64,000 bases of DNA from Candidatus Spongiisociaceae bacterium. GTDB taxonomy: Bacteria > Actinomycetota > Acidimicrobiia > Spongiisociales > Spongiisociaceae. The notes under the pieces were generated by a model, which worked only from the letters and a program-made list of their open reading frames with translations, ran no database searches and was not told where the DNA came from. Below are positions 53,234 to 62,901 of the stretch, in pieces; position 1 is the stretch's first letter; each line of letters opens with the position of its first letter. The stretch is from contig CBDCOH010000002.1 in the NCBI GenBank assembly GCA_965219685.1, positions 2,432,001-2,496,000 on the forward strand. The letters are read 5' to 3'. The translations under genes and the position numbers were made by a program.

Positions 53234-56200
53234 ATGGGCGACGGTACGAGGACGGTGGCAGAGACGAGGCTCGCGGCTGGTCGACCAGACGTCCGGGAGC
53301 CGGACGCCGGCATCGTTGAGCGAATCCTCTCCCCGACGGAGTGGCCCGAGGCTGTGGCCACAACCGAAGGTCCGCAGTTGGTGGTGGCAGGCCCGGGCGC
53401 CGGCAAGACCGAGTTTCTGGTTCGGCGCGTCTCTCACCTCGTCGAAGAGCGCGGCCTGCCCGGTTCCCACATCCTCGCCCTCACGTTCTCGAGGCGATCT
53501 GCTGCGGACCTGCGCGAGCGCATCGGCTCGGCGACCGGCGGGGCCTGGGGAGCCGTAGCCGCTTCCACCTTCCACTCATTCGGTCATCGCCTTCTGGAAC
53601 TCTATGGATCCGACGCCTTCGGTTGGACCGAGGTGCCCTCGGTGCTCACCGGGCCCGAACAGGTCGACCTGGTCTCCGAACTGCTGTCAGCCGAACCTCC
53701 CGACCAGTGGCACCCGGCTCTGCGCAAACTTCTGGGCAGCAGGACCCTTGCCACCGAGGTAACCGAGTTCATCCTCAGAGCCCGGGAAGGAATGCTGACC
53801 ACGTCCGAGCTGCTGAGGCGAAGCGCCGAGCGCGACTACTGGGCGGCCCTGCCGGCCTTCGTGGCCAGCTACGACGCGGCGCTCGCACGGATCAACCGCC
53901 TCGACTACGGAACCCTGCTGACCAGGGCGATCATGGTCCTCGAGACCGAGGAGGCGCTGGAGACGATTCGGGAACAGTACCGGTACCTGCTCGTCGATGA
54001 ATACCAGGACACCACCCCGGTCCAGGCGACCCTCCTCAGAGTCCTGTCAAGGAGAAACCGCAACCTCACGGTGGCCGCCGATCCCTACCAGTCCATCTAC
54101 GCGTTCCGGGGAGCGGCTCTATCCAACGTCACCGGGTTCGTCGACGACCTCCCCCGGTCCGGATCCGAAACACTGCACAAGTGGATACTGGGAACCTCAT
54201 TCCGGCTGCCGCGAGAGATCCTCGAAGCCGCTGAACGACTCACCACCGGTGTATCCCTTCCGGGCGCCACCGGGCATGTCCAGCCGGCGCCCCATCCTGG
54301 TCTCGTGGAGATACGCGTCTTCGACCAGGAGTCGGAGGAGTCGGACTGGATCGCCGCGGAGGCTGGTCGCCTCCATCTCGAACAGGAGATCCCCTACCGG
54401 AGGATGGCCGTGCTGGTGCGGACCAAGCGGCGGCTGCTGAAGGAACTCTCCCGTGCCCTCGAACGGAGGGCGATCCCGCACGACCGTCCGGACAGGCGGT
54501 TGGTGGACCATCCTGCTGCCCGGATGGTCTTCGACCTGGCGCGAGCGGCCCGGGCGCCCGACCGGCGAGCCACAGGCCCGCCCGTCCGCCGCCTGTTGCT
54601 CGGACCCCTGTTCGACCTCGGCATCGGAAGGTTTCGCCAGATGGAGAGGGACATGGAGTCGGCGGACACGACCTGGCCCGCGATGATCCGCGGTGAGGTG
54701 GAAGGTGGGGAGCCTCTGGCAGCCCTCCTGGAGGATCCGGCCTGGACATGCCGTCGCGCGATCGACGCCTTCTGGCACGTGTGGACCCGGCTTCCCCAGT
54801 TCGGTCCGATGGTGACCGACCCGGACCGGGACGAGTTCCGCGCCGTGTGGACCAGCCTCGCGCAGACCCTCGTGAGCCTGGAGGAACGCAGTCCGGCCAC
54901 CACCCTCGCCGACTACATACGGATGGTCGAGTCGGACGACTTCGAGGCCAGCCCGCTCCTCAGCTACCGGAACCCCGCCGAGGACAGGATGTCCCTCACG
55001 ACCATGCACCAGGCCAAGGGTCTCGAGTTCGACATCGTGTTCATCGCCGACGCAGTGGAGGGAGTGCTACCCGATCTGCGGCGCAACCAGTCACTGCTGC
55101 AGACCGAACTGTTGGATCTCGAGAGTACCGGGGGACACGGCTCGGCAACCCGGCGCCTCGAGGAGGAGACCCGCCTCATGTACACGGCGATGACGCGGGC
55201 GCGCAGCCGCGTGGTGGTCACCGCCACCAGCGCCGGCTTCGACGAGGAGCACCGGCGCCCCAGCCGGTTCCTCGAGGCCGTAGCCGGGGACCGGCTGGTC
55301 ATCTCCACTGCCACGCCTCGCCGGGCGCGGCCCCTGACCATCAGGGAAACCGAGTCATGGCTCCGCACGGTCCTCGCCGATCCGGCCGAACCCGGCCATC
55401 GCCGCCTCGCCGCTGCCCGCGTGCTCGCCGCCGGCGCCGGCTTCGGGCTGCGAGAGCCCGCCCTCTACGCCCCGATACACCGTCCCGGCGCTGACACGGG
55501 TCTCGTGCAGTCCGGACGGCGCCTGTCTCCCTCCGACGCAGTCACCTACGACGCCTGTCCCAGGCAGTTCGCCTTGCAGAGGGTGTTGAAGGTGGACCGT
55601 CCCCCCGGCCCCTATCTCACATTCGGGATCCTCATCCACCAGGTGCTGGAGATGGTCGAGAGGCTCGCAAGCGAGGATGATCGCCGCTCCACCCTCGAAG
55701 AAGCGCTCGGGCGGTTGGACGAACTCTTCGGTGACTTCGACTTCGGGAGCGGGTCCATCAACGATGCCTGGCTGCGAAGGGCTCGCATGCTCCTGACCCG
55801 GTTGTACGAAGGCTGGCCCAATCCCGAAGCTGTCCCCGTGCTGCTCGAACACCCGGTAGGCGTGGAACTGGGCGGCATGGCCTGGCGGGGGCGCATCGAC
55901 CGCATAGAGCGTGACGCCGACGGCGCTCTTCGTATCGTCGACTACAAGACCGCCAAGACACCACCGCCATCCCGCGAGGCGGCCACGTCATTGCAACTCG
56001 GCTTCTACTCGGTGGCGGCTGGGGAGAACGAAACCGTGGAGATCCACGGACCGGTTACGGAGGCCGAGTTCTGGTACCCGCTGGCCGACTCGCCAACGCG
56101 CAGGACCCTCCGCTTCAACCGTTCCGCTCTCGAGACAACCCGGCGCCGCCTGGCGGACATCGCCCGGCGGATCGCCCGCGACGAGTGGGCCCCCAGGCCG

Positions 56201-56278
56201 GGCGGCGCCTGCGACCGGTGCCATGTCAGGCTGGTGTGCCCGGCCTGGCCGGAAGGGCAAGAGGCGTACCGGCGATGA
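53234..56278 (+). CDS. adnA: AdnA-like UvrD/SF1 helicase-nuclease
   Basis: AGPGAGKT, VDEYQD, DPYQSIYAFRGA, HQAKGLEF, YTAMTRA and a C-terminal nuclease (CP...RGRIDRIE..DYKT...CDRC...CP). Confidence 0.85.
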   Translation: MGDGTRTVAETRLAAGRPDVREPDAGIVERILSPTEWPEAVATTEGPQLVVAGPGAGKTEFLVRRVSHLVEERGLPGSHILALTFSRRSAADLRERIGSATGGAWGAVAASTFHSFGHRLLELYGSDAFGWTEVPSVLTGPEQVDLVSELLSAEPPDQWHPALRKLLGSRTLATEVTEFILRAREGMLTTSELLRRSAERDYWAALPAFVASYDAALARINRLDYGTLLTRAIMVLETEEALETIREQYRYLLVDEYQDTTPVQATLLRVLSRRNRNLTVAADPYQSIYAFRGAALSNVTGFVDDLPRSGSETLHKWILGTSFRLPREILEAAERLTTGVSLPGATGHVQPAPHPGLVEIRVFDQESEESDWIAAEAGRLHLEQEIPYRRMAVLVRTKRRLLKELSRALERRAIPHDRPDRRLVDHPAARMVFDLARAARAPDRRATGPPVRRLLLGPLFDLGIGRFRQMERDMESADTTWPAMIRGEVEGGEPLAALLEDPAWTCRRAIDAFWHVWTRLPQFGPMVTDPDRDEFRAVWTSLAQTLVSLEERSPATTLADYIRMVESDDFEASPLLSYRNPAEDRMSLTTMHQAKGLEFDIVFIADAVEGVLPDLRRNQSLLQTELLDLESTGGHGSATRRLEEETRLMYTAMTRARSRVVVTATSAGFDEEHRRPSRFLEAVAGDRLVISTATPRRARPLTIRETESWLRTVLADPAEPGHRRLAAARVLAAGAGFGLREPALYAPIHRPGADTGLVQSGRRLSPSDAVTYDACPRQFALQRVLKVDRPPGPYLTFGILIHQVLEMVERLASEDDRRSTLEEALGRLDELFGDFDFGSGSINDAWLRRARMLLTRLYEGWPNPEAVPVLLEHPVGVELGGMAWRGRIDRIERDADGALRIVDYKTAKTPPPSREAATSLQLGFYSVAAGENETVEIHGPVTEAEFWYPLADSPTRRTLRFNRSALETTRRRLADIARRIARDEWAPRPGGACDRCHVRLVCPAWPEGQEAYRR

Positions 56279-59200
56279 AGTTCGTTCCCTCCGCCGAGCA
56301 GTCGGCCATCATCGACCATGGACCGGAGCCGCTGCGGGTCGTCGCCGGCGCCGGGACCGGGAAGACCACCACGCTCGCCTACCGGGTGGTCCGACTGGAG
56401 GAACGCTTCGGCATCCTGCCGGCCGAGGTCCTTGGCGTAACGTTCACCAACAAGGCCGCCGGCGAACTGGCCCAGCGGATCCGCGAGGCCCGCTCGCGCC
56501 CCTTCACTCCGGGCCACGAGGTGGACGTGTTCACGTATCACGGTTTCGCCGGACACCTGCTGGGCACCTACGGCGCCCTGGTCGGATTCGAACGCGACAC
56601 CCGCATCATCACGCCCACCCGCACGCGCCAGATCCTGCGCGAATGCCTCCCCGGCGCCCGATTCGAGGCGGTGGACGTCACCCACACCTCCGGAGTGGTG
56701 GACCGCCTGGTCAGCCTGTCGAGCGAACTTGCCGATAACCTGATGCGACCTGCCGATCTGCTGGAGTTCCCCCCCGAGGAAGAGGTGGAGACACGCCGCG
56801 CAGAACTCGCCACGGCCCTCGTGCGATTCGAGAGGGCCAAGACCGAGTTGGGCGTCCGGGACTACGGTGACCTGATCCGTCTGGCGGTCGAACTGGTACG
56901 GGCGCATCCCGAGGTGGCGGAGCGGATCCGCAACCGTTACAGGTGCGTACTGCTCGACGAGTACCAGGACACCAATCCGGCCCAGAGGGAACTGTTCGCC
57001 GGCTTGTTCGGACGGCATGGGGCGGTCACGGCCGTCGGCGACACCGACCAGACCATCTACGAGTGGAGAGGCGCCAGCCCGGCCAACTTCGAAGGTTTCC
57101 CCGACCGGTTCCGCCGCGCGGACGGCTCCCGGGCGCGGACGCTCCGCCTGTCCTTCAACCGCCGCTCCGGGCAGCGGATCCTGGACGTGGCCAACCGTAT
57201 CCGGACCAGGATCTCCGCGCCCGGTAGGTCCGGGAGGCTGATGGCGCTGCCGGGCACGCCAACGGGAGAAGTTCACACCGCCTGGTACGCGGATGCGCGG
57301 CGCGAGTCCGAGGAGATCGCCCGTGAGCTGCACCGCCTCCACGAGACCGGGATGGAATGGTCGGAGATGGCAGTGCTGTTCCGCCGGAACCGCGACATGG
57401 AACTGGTGAGGTTGGCCCTGGAGGAACACGATGTGCCGGTGCAGGTAGCCGATCTCGGTGGGCTGATGCAGGTGCCGGAGATAGTCGAACTCCATGCGTG
57501 GCTCAGACTGCTGGCAGACCCCGAGGACAGCCCGGCTCTGGTCCGCATCCTGCTCGGCTCCCGGTTCCGGCTAGGAATGTCAGGCTTGTTACCCCTATCC
57601 CGATGGGTGCTCGAGCGCACCAGAACCGCCGGCGACGGCGGGGCCGTCCACACGCTTGTCGAAGCCCTCGAACACCTGGACGCCATGAACCTGGATGAGA
57701 GCACGCGTGAGTCACTCCGCGGTTTCCACCTCCTCTACCGTGCCCTCCTGGCCGAGTCGCAGGGCACGAGCCTCTCGGAGTTGACCCGCATGATCCTGTC
57801 GAGAACCGGCGCCTGGCAGGAGATTGACTCCATGCCGAGCCCCTCGGACATCTCCGCGCGGCTCAACGTGTACCGGTTTCTCGATTTCACCGAGCACTGG
57901 AATCCGCTCAAGGGCAGATCGTCCCTGGAAGCCTTTCTGGAACATCTGGAATTGCTGCAAGAGGATCCAGGCGAGCAGCTAGACACGGCAAGGATCGGCG
58001 ACGGCGACGCCGTGACCCTCATGACCGTCCACCGGGCGAAAGGACTCGAGTGGCGCGCGGTGTTCCTGCCCGCTTTGTTCCGTGGGAACTTCCCCGCCGG
58101 TCCCCGGCGGCTTCTGGACCCGTCGCGGTTCGAGTTCACCGTCCCGGCAAGGCTCCGGATCGATGCCGAGTACCGGACCAACCTGGATCCCTCGCTCGAC
58201 GCCGAGACACGGCGAGCATGGCTGCGCGCCCGGCACTACGACCAGGAGTGGCGGCTCGCCTATGTGGCCTGCACCAGAGCCAAGGAAATCCTGTACCTGA
58301 GCGGGGCGCACTGGTACGGGGTACCCCAGACGCGCAAGAACCCTTCAAAACCCGGCGAGCTTCTGGGGCTTGCCCGCCAGGTGGACGGGGTGGTGACCGC
58401 GGATGACTGGGCTTCCGAACCCCCGCCCCGACCCGAAGACCTCAGGTTCCCCCTCTCCCAACCCGGTCCTGACCCGGTGCTGGGGATGAGCTGGGAAGAG
58501 GCCCTCCACATCGTATCGGAGGATCAGGGCTGGGCGGCTCGCCGCGCCCACGACCTGGGCATCCAAGACCTATACGATGGGGCTGTGGACGAGTTCGAGT
58601 TGACCCTTCTTGATCTCCCGGAGCCCGCCGGTACCGATCCCCCGACGGACCGGTCCGCGGTGAGCGTCACGGGCCTGGTCACCTACGCGACCTGCCCCAA
58701 GCGCTACTACTGGACGGAGGTCGACCGGCTTCCCAGGCGACCGGGTCCATCCGCTCGCCGCGGCACCCGCCTTCACCGGAGGATCGAACTGCACAACCGG
58801 GGCATGGTCCCGTTCGACGACCTCGACCATGACCTGTACGACCGGTCGCCCGGCGAGGACTCTGCAGGCGACGGTGTCGCGGAGGGTCGCTGGGAGGCTT
58901 TCCTCGGATCGCCGTACGCGAACCGGACCCCCGTCCACGTGGAAGTTCCGTTCGAGATCAGCCTGGCGCCTGATGTCCGCATCCGGGGAAGGGTGGATGC
59001 GGTCTACCCGAGTGGTGATCACGGCTGGGAGATCGTCGATTTCAAATCCGGACGCCGTCCCCGTCCTGCCCCTGACGACATCCAACTGCAGGCGTACGCC
59101 GTAGCAGCCCGGGACGGCGGGTTCGGCGCGAAGGCTCCCGAGTCCCTGAGCGTCTCCTTCGTCTACCTGGGCGGCGGGTTGGATGTCATCGGCCAGGACG

Positions 59201-59364
59201 TGGACGAATCCTGGCTGCAGGCGGCGACGGACCGCATCCTCGAACTAGTAGGGGACATCCGCGCCGAGCAGTTCGATCCGGCGCCCTCCCCGGCCTGCCG
59301 CTCATGCGACTTTCGCCACGTCTGCCCCGAAGGCAAGGACTGGCTGGGGAGTGGTGAGTGGTGA
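56275..59364 (+). CDS. adnB: AdnB-like UvrD/SF1 helicase-nuclease
   Basis: AGAGTGKT, LDEYQD, GDTDQTIYEWRGA, TVHRAKGLEW, YVACTRA and a nuclease (RGRVDAV..DFKSG..QLQAY); ATGA-coupled to adnA. Confidence 0.87.
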   Translation: MKFVPSAEQSAIIDHGPEPLRVVAGAGTGKTTTLAYRVVRLEERFGILPAEVLGVTFTNKAAGELAQRIREARSRPFTPGHEVDVFTYHGFAGHLLGTYGALVGFERDTRIITPTRTRQILRECLPGARFEAVDVTHTSGVVDRLVSLSSELADNLMRPADLLEFPPEEEVETRRAELATALVRFERAKTELGVRDYGDLIRLAVELVRAHPEVAERIRNRYRCVLLDEYQDTNPAQRELFAGLFGRHGAVTAVGDTDQTIYEWRGASPANFEGFPDRFRRADGSRARTLRLSFNRRSGQRILDVANRIRTRISAPGRSGRLMALPGTPTGEVHTAWYADARRESEEIARELHRLHETGMEWSEMAVLFRRNRDMELVRLALEEHDVPVQVADLGGLMQVPEIVELHAWLRLLADPEDSPALVRILLGSRFRLGMSGLLPLSRWVLERTRTAGDGGAVHTLVEALEHLDAMNLDESTRESLRGFHLLYRALLAESQGTSLSELTRMILSRTGAWQEIDSMPSPSDISARLNVYRFLDFTEHWNPLKGRSSLEAFLEHLELLQEDPGEQLDTARIGDGDAVTLMTVHRAKGLEWRAVFLPALFRGNFPAGPRRLLDPSRFEFTVPARLRIDAEYRTNLDPSLDAETRRAWLRARHYDQEWRLAYVACTRAKEILYLSGAHWYGVPQTRKNPSKPGELLGLARQVDGVVTADDWASEPPPRPEDLRFPLSQPGPDPVLGMSWEEALHIVSEDQGWAARRAHDLGIQDLYDGAVDEFELTLLDLPEPAGTDPPTDRSAVSVTGLVTYATCPKRYYWTEVDRLPRRPGPSARRGTRLHRRIELHNRGMVPFDDLDHDLYDRSPGEDSAGDGVAEGRWEAFLGSPYANRTPVHVEVPFEISLAPDVRIRGRVDAVYPSGDHGWEIVDFKSGRRPRPAPDDIQLQAYAVAARDGGFGAKAPESLSVSFVYLGGGLDVIGQDVDESWLQAATDRILELVGDIRAEQFDPAPSPACRSCDFRHVCPEGKDWLGSGEW

Positions 59365-59432
59365 ATGGTGAATGGTGAATGGTGAATGGTGAATGGTGAA
59401 TGGTGAATGGTGAATGGTGAATGGTGAATGGT
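59352..59432 (+). repeat. Heptamer array TGGTGAG(TGGTGAA)10
   Basis: Supplies the last codons and the stop codon of adnB. Confidence 0.95.
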
Positions 59433-59441
59433 TGTCCGTTG

Positions 59442-59459
59442 GCCACAAGCCACAAGCAA
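59442..59459 (-). repeat. Short C/A-rich array (GCCACAA)2
   Basis: GCCACAA GCCACAA GCAA downstream of the dtd stop codon, facing the 59352 array. Confidence 0.5.
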
Positions 59460-59470
59460 CCGGCGACCGG

Positions 59471-59926
59471 TTAGACTACTCGGCCGCCGACGGTCTCCAC
59501 CATCAGCGTGAACGGCCCGTTGTTCCGTAGATCCAGCTCCATCATCGCGCCGAAGCGGCCACAACCGACCTCGACACCATACGACTCCACGGCGCTCACG
59601 AACTCGTCCACCAGGCGCTCGGCGTGATCGGGGCGAGCCGCCTCGGTGAAGCTGGGCCGGCGCCCCCTCCGCACATCGGCGAACAGCGTGAACTGGCTCA
59701 CCACCAGCATCGCTCCTCCGACATCCTGAAGAGATAGGTTGAACCTGCCCCGCTCATCCGGAAAGATCCTAAGACCCACTAGCTTCTTCGCCAGCGCCCC
59801 CACGTCGGTCTCGGTGTCGGCCCTACTCACGCCCACGAGCGCCACGAGACCATTGCCTACACGGCCGACCACCTGGCCATCGACCCTTACCGAAGCGTGG
59901 TCCACACGTTGGATGAGCGCTCGCAT
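59471..59926 (-). CDS. dtd: D-aminoacyl-tRNA deacylase
   Basis: [34 protein letters not shown]. Confidence 0.95.
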   Translation of the reverse strand: MRALIQRVDHASVRVDGQVVGRVGNGLVALVGVSRADTETDVGALAKKLVGLRIFPDERGRFNLSLQDVGGAMLVVSQFTLFADVRRGRRPSFTEAARPDHAERLVDEFVSAVESYGVEVGCGRFGAMMELDLRNNGPFTLMVETVGGRVV

Positions 59927-60028
59927 AGGGAGAATCTAGCGGTCGCATCACACCCCCAGCCCGACCGACGCGGACGAAGGCCGGGCCGACTCCTCCGGCC
60001 GGCAGCCCCATCCCTTAGAATCGATCGG

Positions 60029-61936
60029 GTGTCCGTTCCAAGATTCCGGTCGCGAACTGAATCACCTCAGGGACGCACCCGGCGCCCGGGATCCGCCCTC
60101 CGCCGCATCCGCCGGCCGGTTATGGAGGACTTCCTGGCGGACAGCGAATTCGGATCGGCCGTGGAGCGGATCGCCGGCGCGCAGCACCGAACCACCGACG
60201 AAGCACTCCGCAGCGCCGAGGGCTACTTGAAGGAGATCGCGGCCCGGCCGTCGCGGCTCATGGTGTGCGTCGCGGCCGTTCTGGGCCGTTTCCTCTACCG
60301 ACGGGCGTACGGCGTGATCCACTACGACCGTGACGCTCTGGCCGCTGTGTCCGAACTGAGCGCCCGCCACCCGGTGGTTTTCCTGCCCTGCCACAGGTCC
60401 AACCTGGACCGACCGGTCATGCACTACCTGCTCTGGAGAGACAGGCTCGGACCGAACTTCACCGCCGGGGGCATCAACATGAACTTCTTCCCCATCGGTC
60501 CGATATCCCGCCGGGCCGGGGTCTTCTTCATCAGACGGAGTTTCGCCAACCGTCCGGTCTACAAGCTGGTACTGCAGACCTATTTCGCTTACCTCGTGGA
60601 GCAACGCCTAGCCCTGGAGTGGTACATGGAGGGAGGCCGGAGCCGGACCGGCAAGCTCCGTTCCCCCCGCTACGGACTTCTGGGTTACGCGGCCGACGCG
60701 CTGGCAGCAGGCAAGAGCGAGGACATCTACCTGATCCCCACTTCGATCAACTACGACCACGTGCTCGAAGTCGGTGACTACGCGGCGCAGGAGTGCGGTT
60801 TCGCAAAGGAGAGGGAGACGTTCGGCTGGCTGGTCAAGAGCGTGCGTTCCCTCCGGAAACGCTACGGAGACATTCACGTCCGCTTCGGCGAGCCTCTGTC
60901 GATGGGCGCCATGATCGGTCGGGACCGGACCGGAAGCGAACGGCGGCAAGACCTGCAGCAACTGGCCACCACCGTCTGTCAACGCATCAACCAGGTCACA
61001 CCGATCACCCCGGCATCGCTGGTTGCGGTTGCGCTCCTGGCGGCGCCCGACGGCGGGACTCGCCGCCGCACCCTCGAGGCCACGGTTGCGGAACTCGTCG
61101 AGCATGTCGAGTCCCACAACCTCCCCACGAGCGAACCACTCTCCCCGCTCCGGACCCGCCAAGGCCTCGACGATGTGGTCGGAACCCTGGCCGACCTCGG
61201 AATCGCGGTGGTCGGGAACGAACAGCCGGGGTCGCAGGAGCTTGAGGCCTTCTACGGCATCGCCAAGGGACAGCGCCTCGCGGCCGCTTACTACCGGAAC
61301 ACCATCGTCCACTTCTTCCTAACGCCGGCGATCGCCGAATTGGCACTGGCCGCGGCTGCTCAGGATGGCACGGCCGGCGGGCCGGTCCAGACCTTCTACG
61401 AATACGTGGCCATGCTCAGGGATCTGCTGGCCAACGAGTTCTTCTTCGAGGAGTGCGACCACTTCCTCGACGAGGTAGTGACACAGCTCGATCGGCGCCT
61501 ACCCGGATGGCGGAACCGGCTCGCCGAGGGGAGCGGACCCGAGGCCGTGGCCAGCCTCCGGCCGCACAGAGCGCCATGGGCGCTCCGATCGTTCCTGCAG
61601 GCCTACCTGATCGCCGCGGAGAGCCTTGCCGAACTCCCGCCGGAACACCCTTGGAACAAGGGCTCGTTTCTGGCAGGGTGCCTCGATCGCGGGGCCGAGT
61701 ACGTGTCAGCGGGACGGATCGCAGCCGAATCATGCTCTCTCAGCCTGTTCTCCAACGCGGCGCGCGTTGCGGCGCGACGCGGCCTGCTCACACCGGGCCT
61801 GGAAAACCTGACCGACCGGCGAAGGTCCTTCGCCTCCGAGCTGGATCACCTCCTGGCATTGGCGGGCTCACTCGACTCGGCTCCACCATCCGGGACCGTC
61901 GCGGCATCCGGGGACAGACCTAGGATCCAGTCATGA
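60029..61936 (+). CDS. plsB: Glycerol-3-phosphate 1-O-acyltransferase (PlsB family)
   Basis: PCHRSNLD (HX4D), FFIRRSF, EGGRSRTGK, IPTSINY; GTG 60029 follows 7 nt after TAGAAT (alternative start ATG 60122). Confidence 0.85.
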   Translation: MSVPRFRSRTESPQGRTRRPGSALRRIRRPVMEDFLADSEFGSAVERIAGAQHRTTDEALRSAEGYLKEIAARPSRLMVCVAAVLGRFLYRRAYGVIHYDRDALAAVSELSARHPVVFLPCHRSNLDRPVMHYLLWRDRLGPNFTAGGINMNFFPIGPISRRAGVFFIRRSFANRPVYKLVLQTYFAYLVEQRLALEWYMEGGRSRTGKLRSPRYGLLGYAADALAAGKSEDIYLIPTSINYDHVLEVGDYAAQECGFAKERETFGWLVKSVRSLRKRYGDIHVRFGEPLSMGAMIGRDRTGSERRQDLQQLATTVCQRINQVTPITPASLVAVALLAAPDGGTRRRTLEATVAELVEHVESHNLPTSEPLSPLRTRQGLDDVVGTLADLGIAVVGNEQPGSQELEAFYGIAKGQRLAAAYYRNTIVHFFLTPAIAELALAAAAQDGTAGGPVQTFYEYVAMLRDLLANEFFFEECDHFLDEVVTQLDRRLPGWRNRLAEGSGPEAVASLRPHRAPWALRSFLQAYLIAAESLAELPPEHPWNKGSFLAGCLDRGAEYVSAGRIAAESCSLSLFSNAARVAARRGLLTPGLENLTDRRRSFASELDHLLALAGSLDSAPPSGTVAASGDRPRIQS

Positions 61937-62901
61937 CCCCGCTCCCGGATCCGCTATGTCTGGAACTCCATCACTGGATGAGGCTCACCCGAACATTCGA
62001 TGACCAACTGATCTCTTTGTGGAAGCAGGGGCGGGGCGTGGGAGCGACGTTCAACCAGAGGGGACACGAGGCGATCAGCGTCGGAGCAGGGGCTGCCCTC
62101 CGACCGGAGGATGTGGTAGCGCCGATGCATCGCGATCTCGGCTGCTACCTGATCCGCGGCATGACCCCCCGGCGCATCATGGCCAACCAACTCGGACGCT
62201 CGACCGGGGTTACCGGCGGTCGCGACGCCAACCTGCACGGATGCGGTGACCTATCGCTGAACATCATCGGATTCATCAGCCATCTCCCACAATCAATGCC
62301 TGTGGCCCTGGGGGCGGCCATGTCGTTCATCTACCGTGACGAACCCCGGGTGGCGATGACCTTCGCAGGAGACGGCTCCTCTTGTGCAGGCGTGTTCCAT
62401 GAGACCCTGAACCTCGCCGCCGTCTACGGAGCACCCTTCGTGGTGATCGTGGAGAACAACCAGTACGCCTACTCGACACCCCTCCGCCAACAGATGGCCA
62501 TCGACGACATCGCCCAGCGCGCAAACGCGCACGGGGTGCGATCCGAGATCGTCGACGGGAACGATGTGGAGGCGGTGTATCGAGCGACGGACGCAGCCAT
62601 CTGCCGGGCCCGCGAAGGCGGAGGCCCCAGCCTGATCGAAGCCAAGACAATGAGGATGCTGGGTCACGCCATCCACGACGGCGCCGAGTACGTACCTGCT
62701 CGATTGCTGGACGAGTGGCGATCGCTCGATCCGCTTCTGCGACTCGAGGAAACCATGCTGGCCCGTCGATTGGTCGACCGGGAGCAACTAGAGGAGGTGA
62801 CCGATGAGTGCCGGCAGATCGTCGCCGATGCGGTGCGGTTCGCCGAGTCGAGCCCGTGGCCCGATCGCAGCACGGTCAGGGAAGGGGTCTACGCACCTTG
62901 A
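61933..62901 (+). CDS. 2-oxoacid dehydrogenase E1 alpha subunit
   Basis: GHEA, TPP motif GDGSS...HETLN...ENNQYAYS, VDGND, RMLGHAIHD. Confidence 0.92.
   Translation: MTPLPDPLCLELHHWMRLTRTFDDQLISLWKQGRGVGATFNQRGHEAISVGAGAALRPEDVVAPMHRDLGCYLIRGMTPRRIMANQLGRSTGVTGGRDANLHGCGDLSLNIIGFISHLPQSMPVALGAAMSFIYRDEPRVAMTFAGDGSSCAGVFHETLNLAAVYGAPFVVIVENNQYAYSTPLRQQMAIDDIAQRANAHGVRSEIVDGNDVEAVYRATDAAICRAREGGGPSLIEAKTMRMLGHAIHDGAEYVPARLLDEWRSLDPLLRLEETMLARRLVDREQLEEVTDECRQIVADAVRFAESSPWPDRSTVREGVYAP

Noticed and set aside
27331-59432. CRISPR array, or Cas4 identity for the 49194 nuclease
   Set aside because: The repeats are contiguous 7-mers with no unique spacers, there is no cas1/cas2, and the nuclease fits the stand-alone RecB-like family.
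27292-59564. Short ORFs with FTIHHSP / LTTHHSP repeats (27292, 43991, 59163, 59186)
   Set aside because: These are translations of the heptamer arrays, not proteins.
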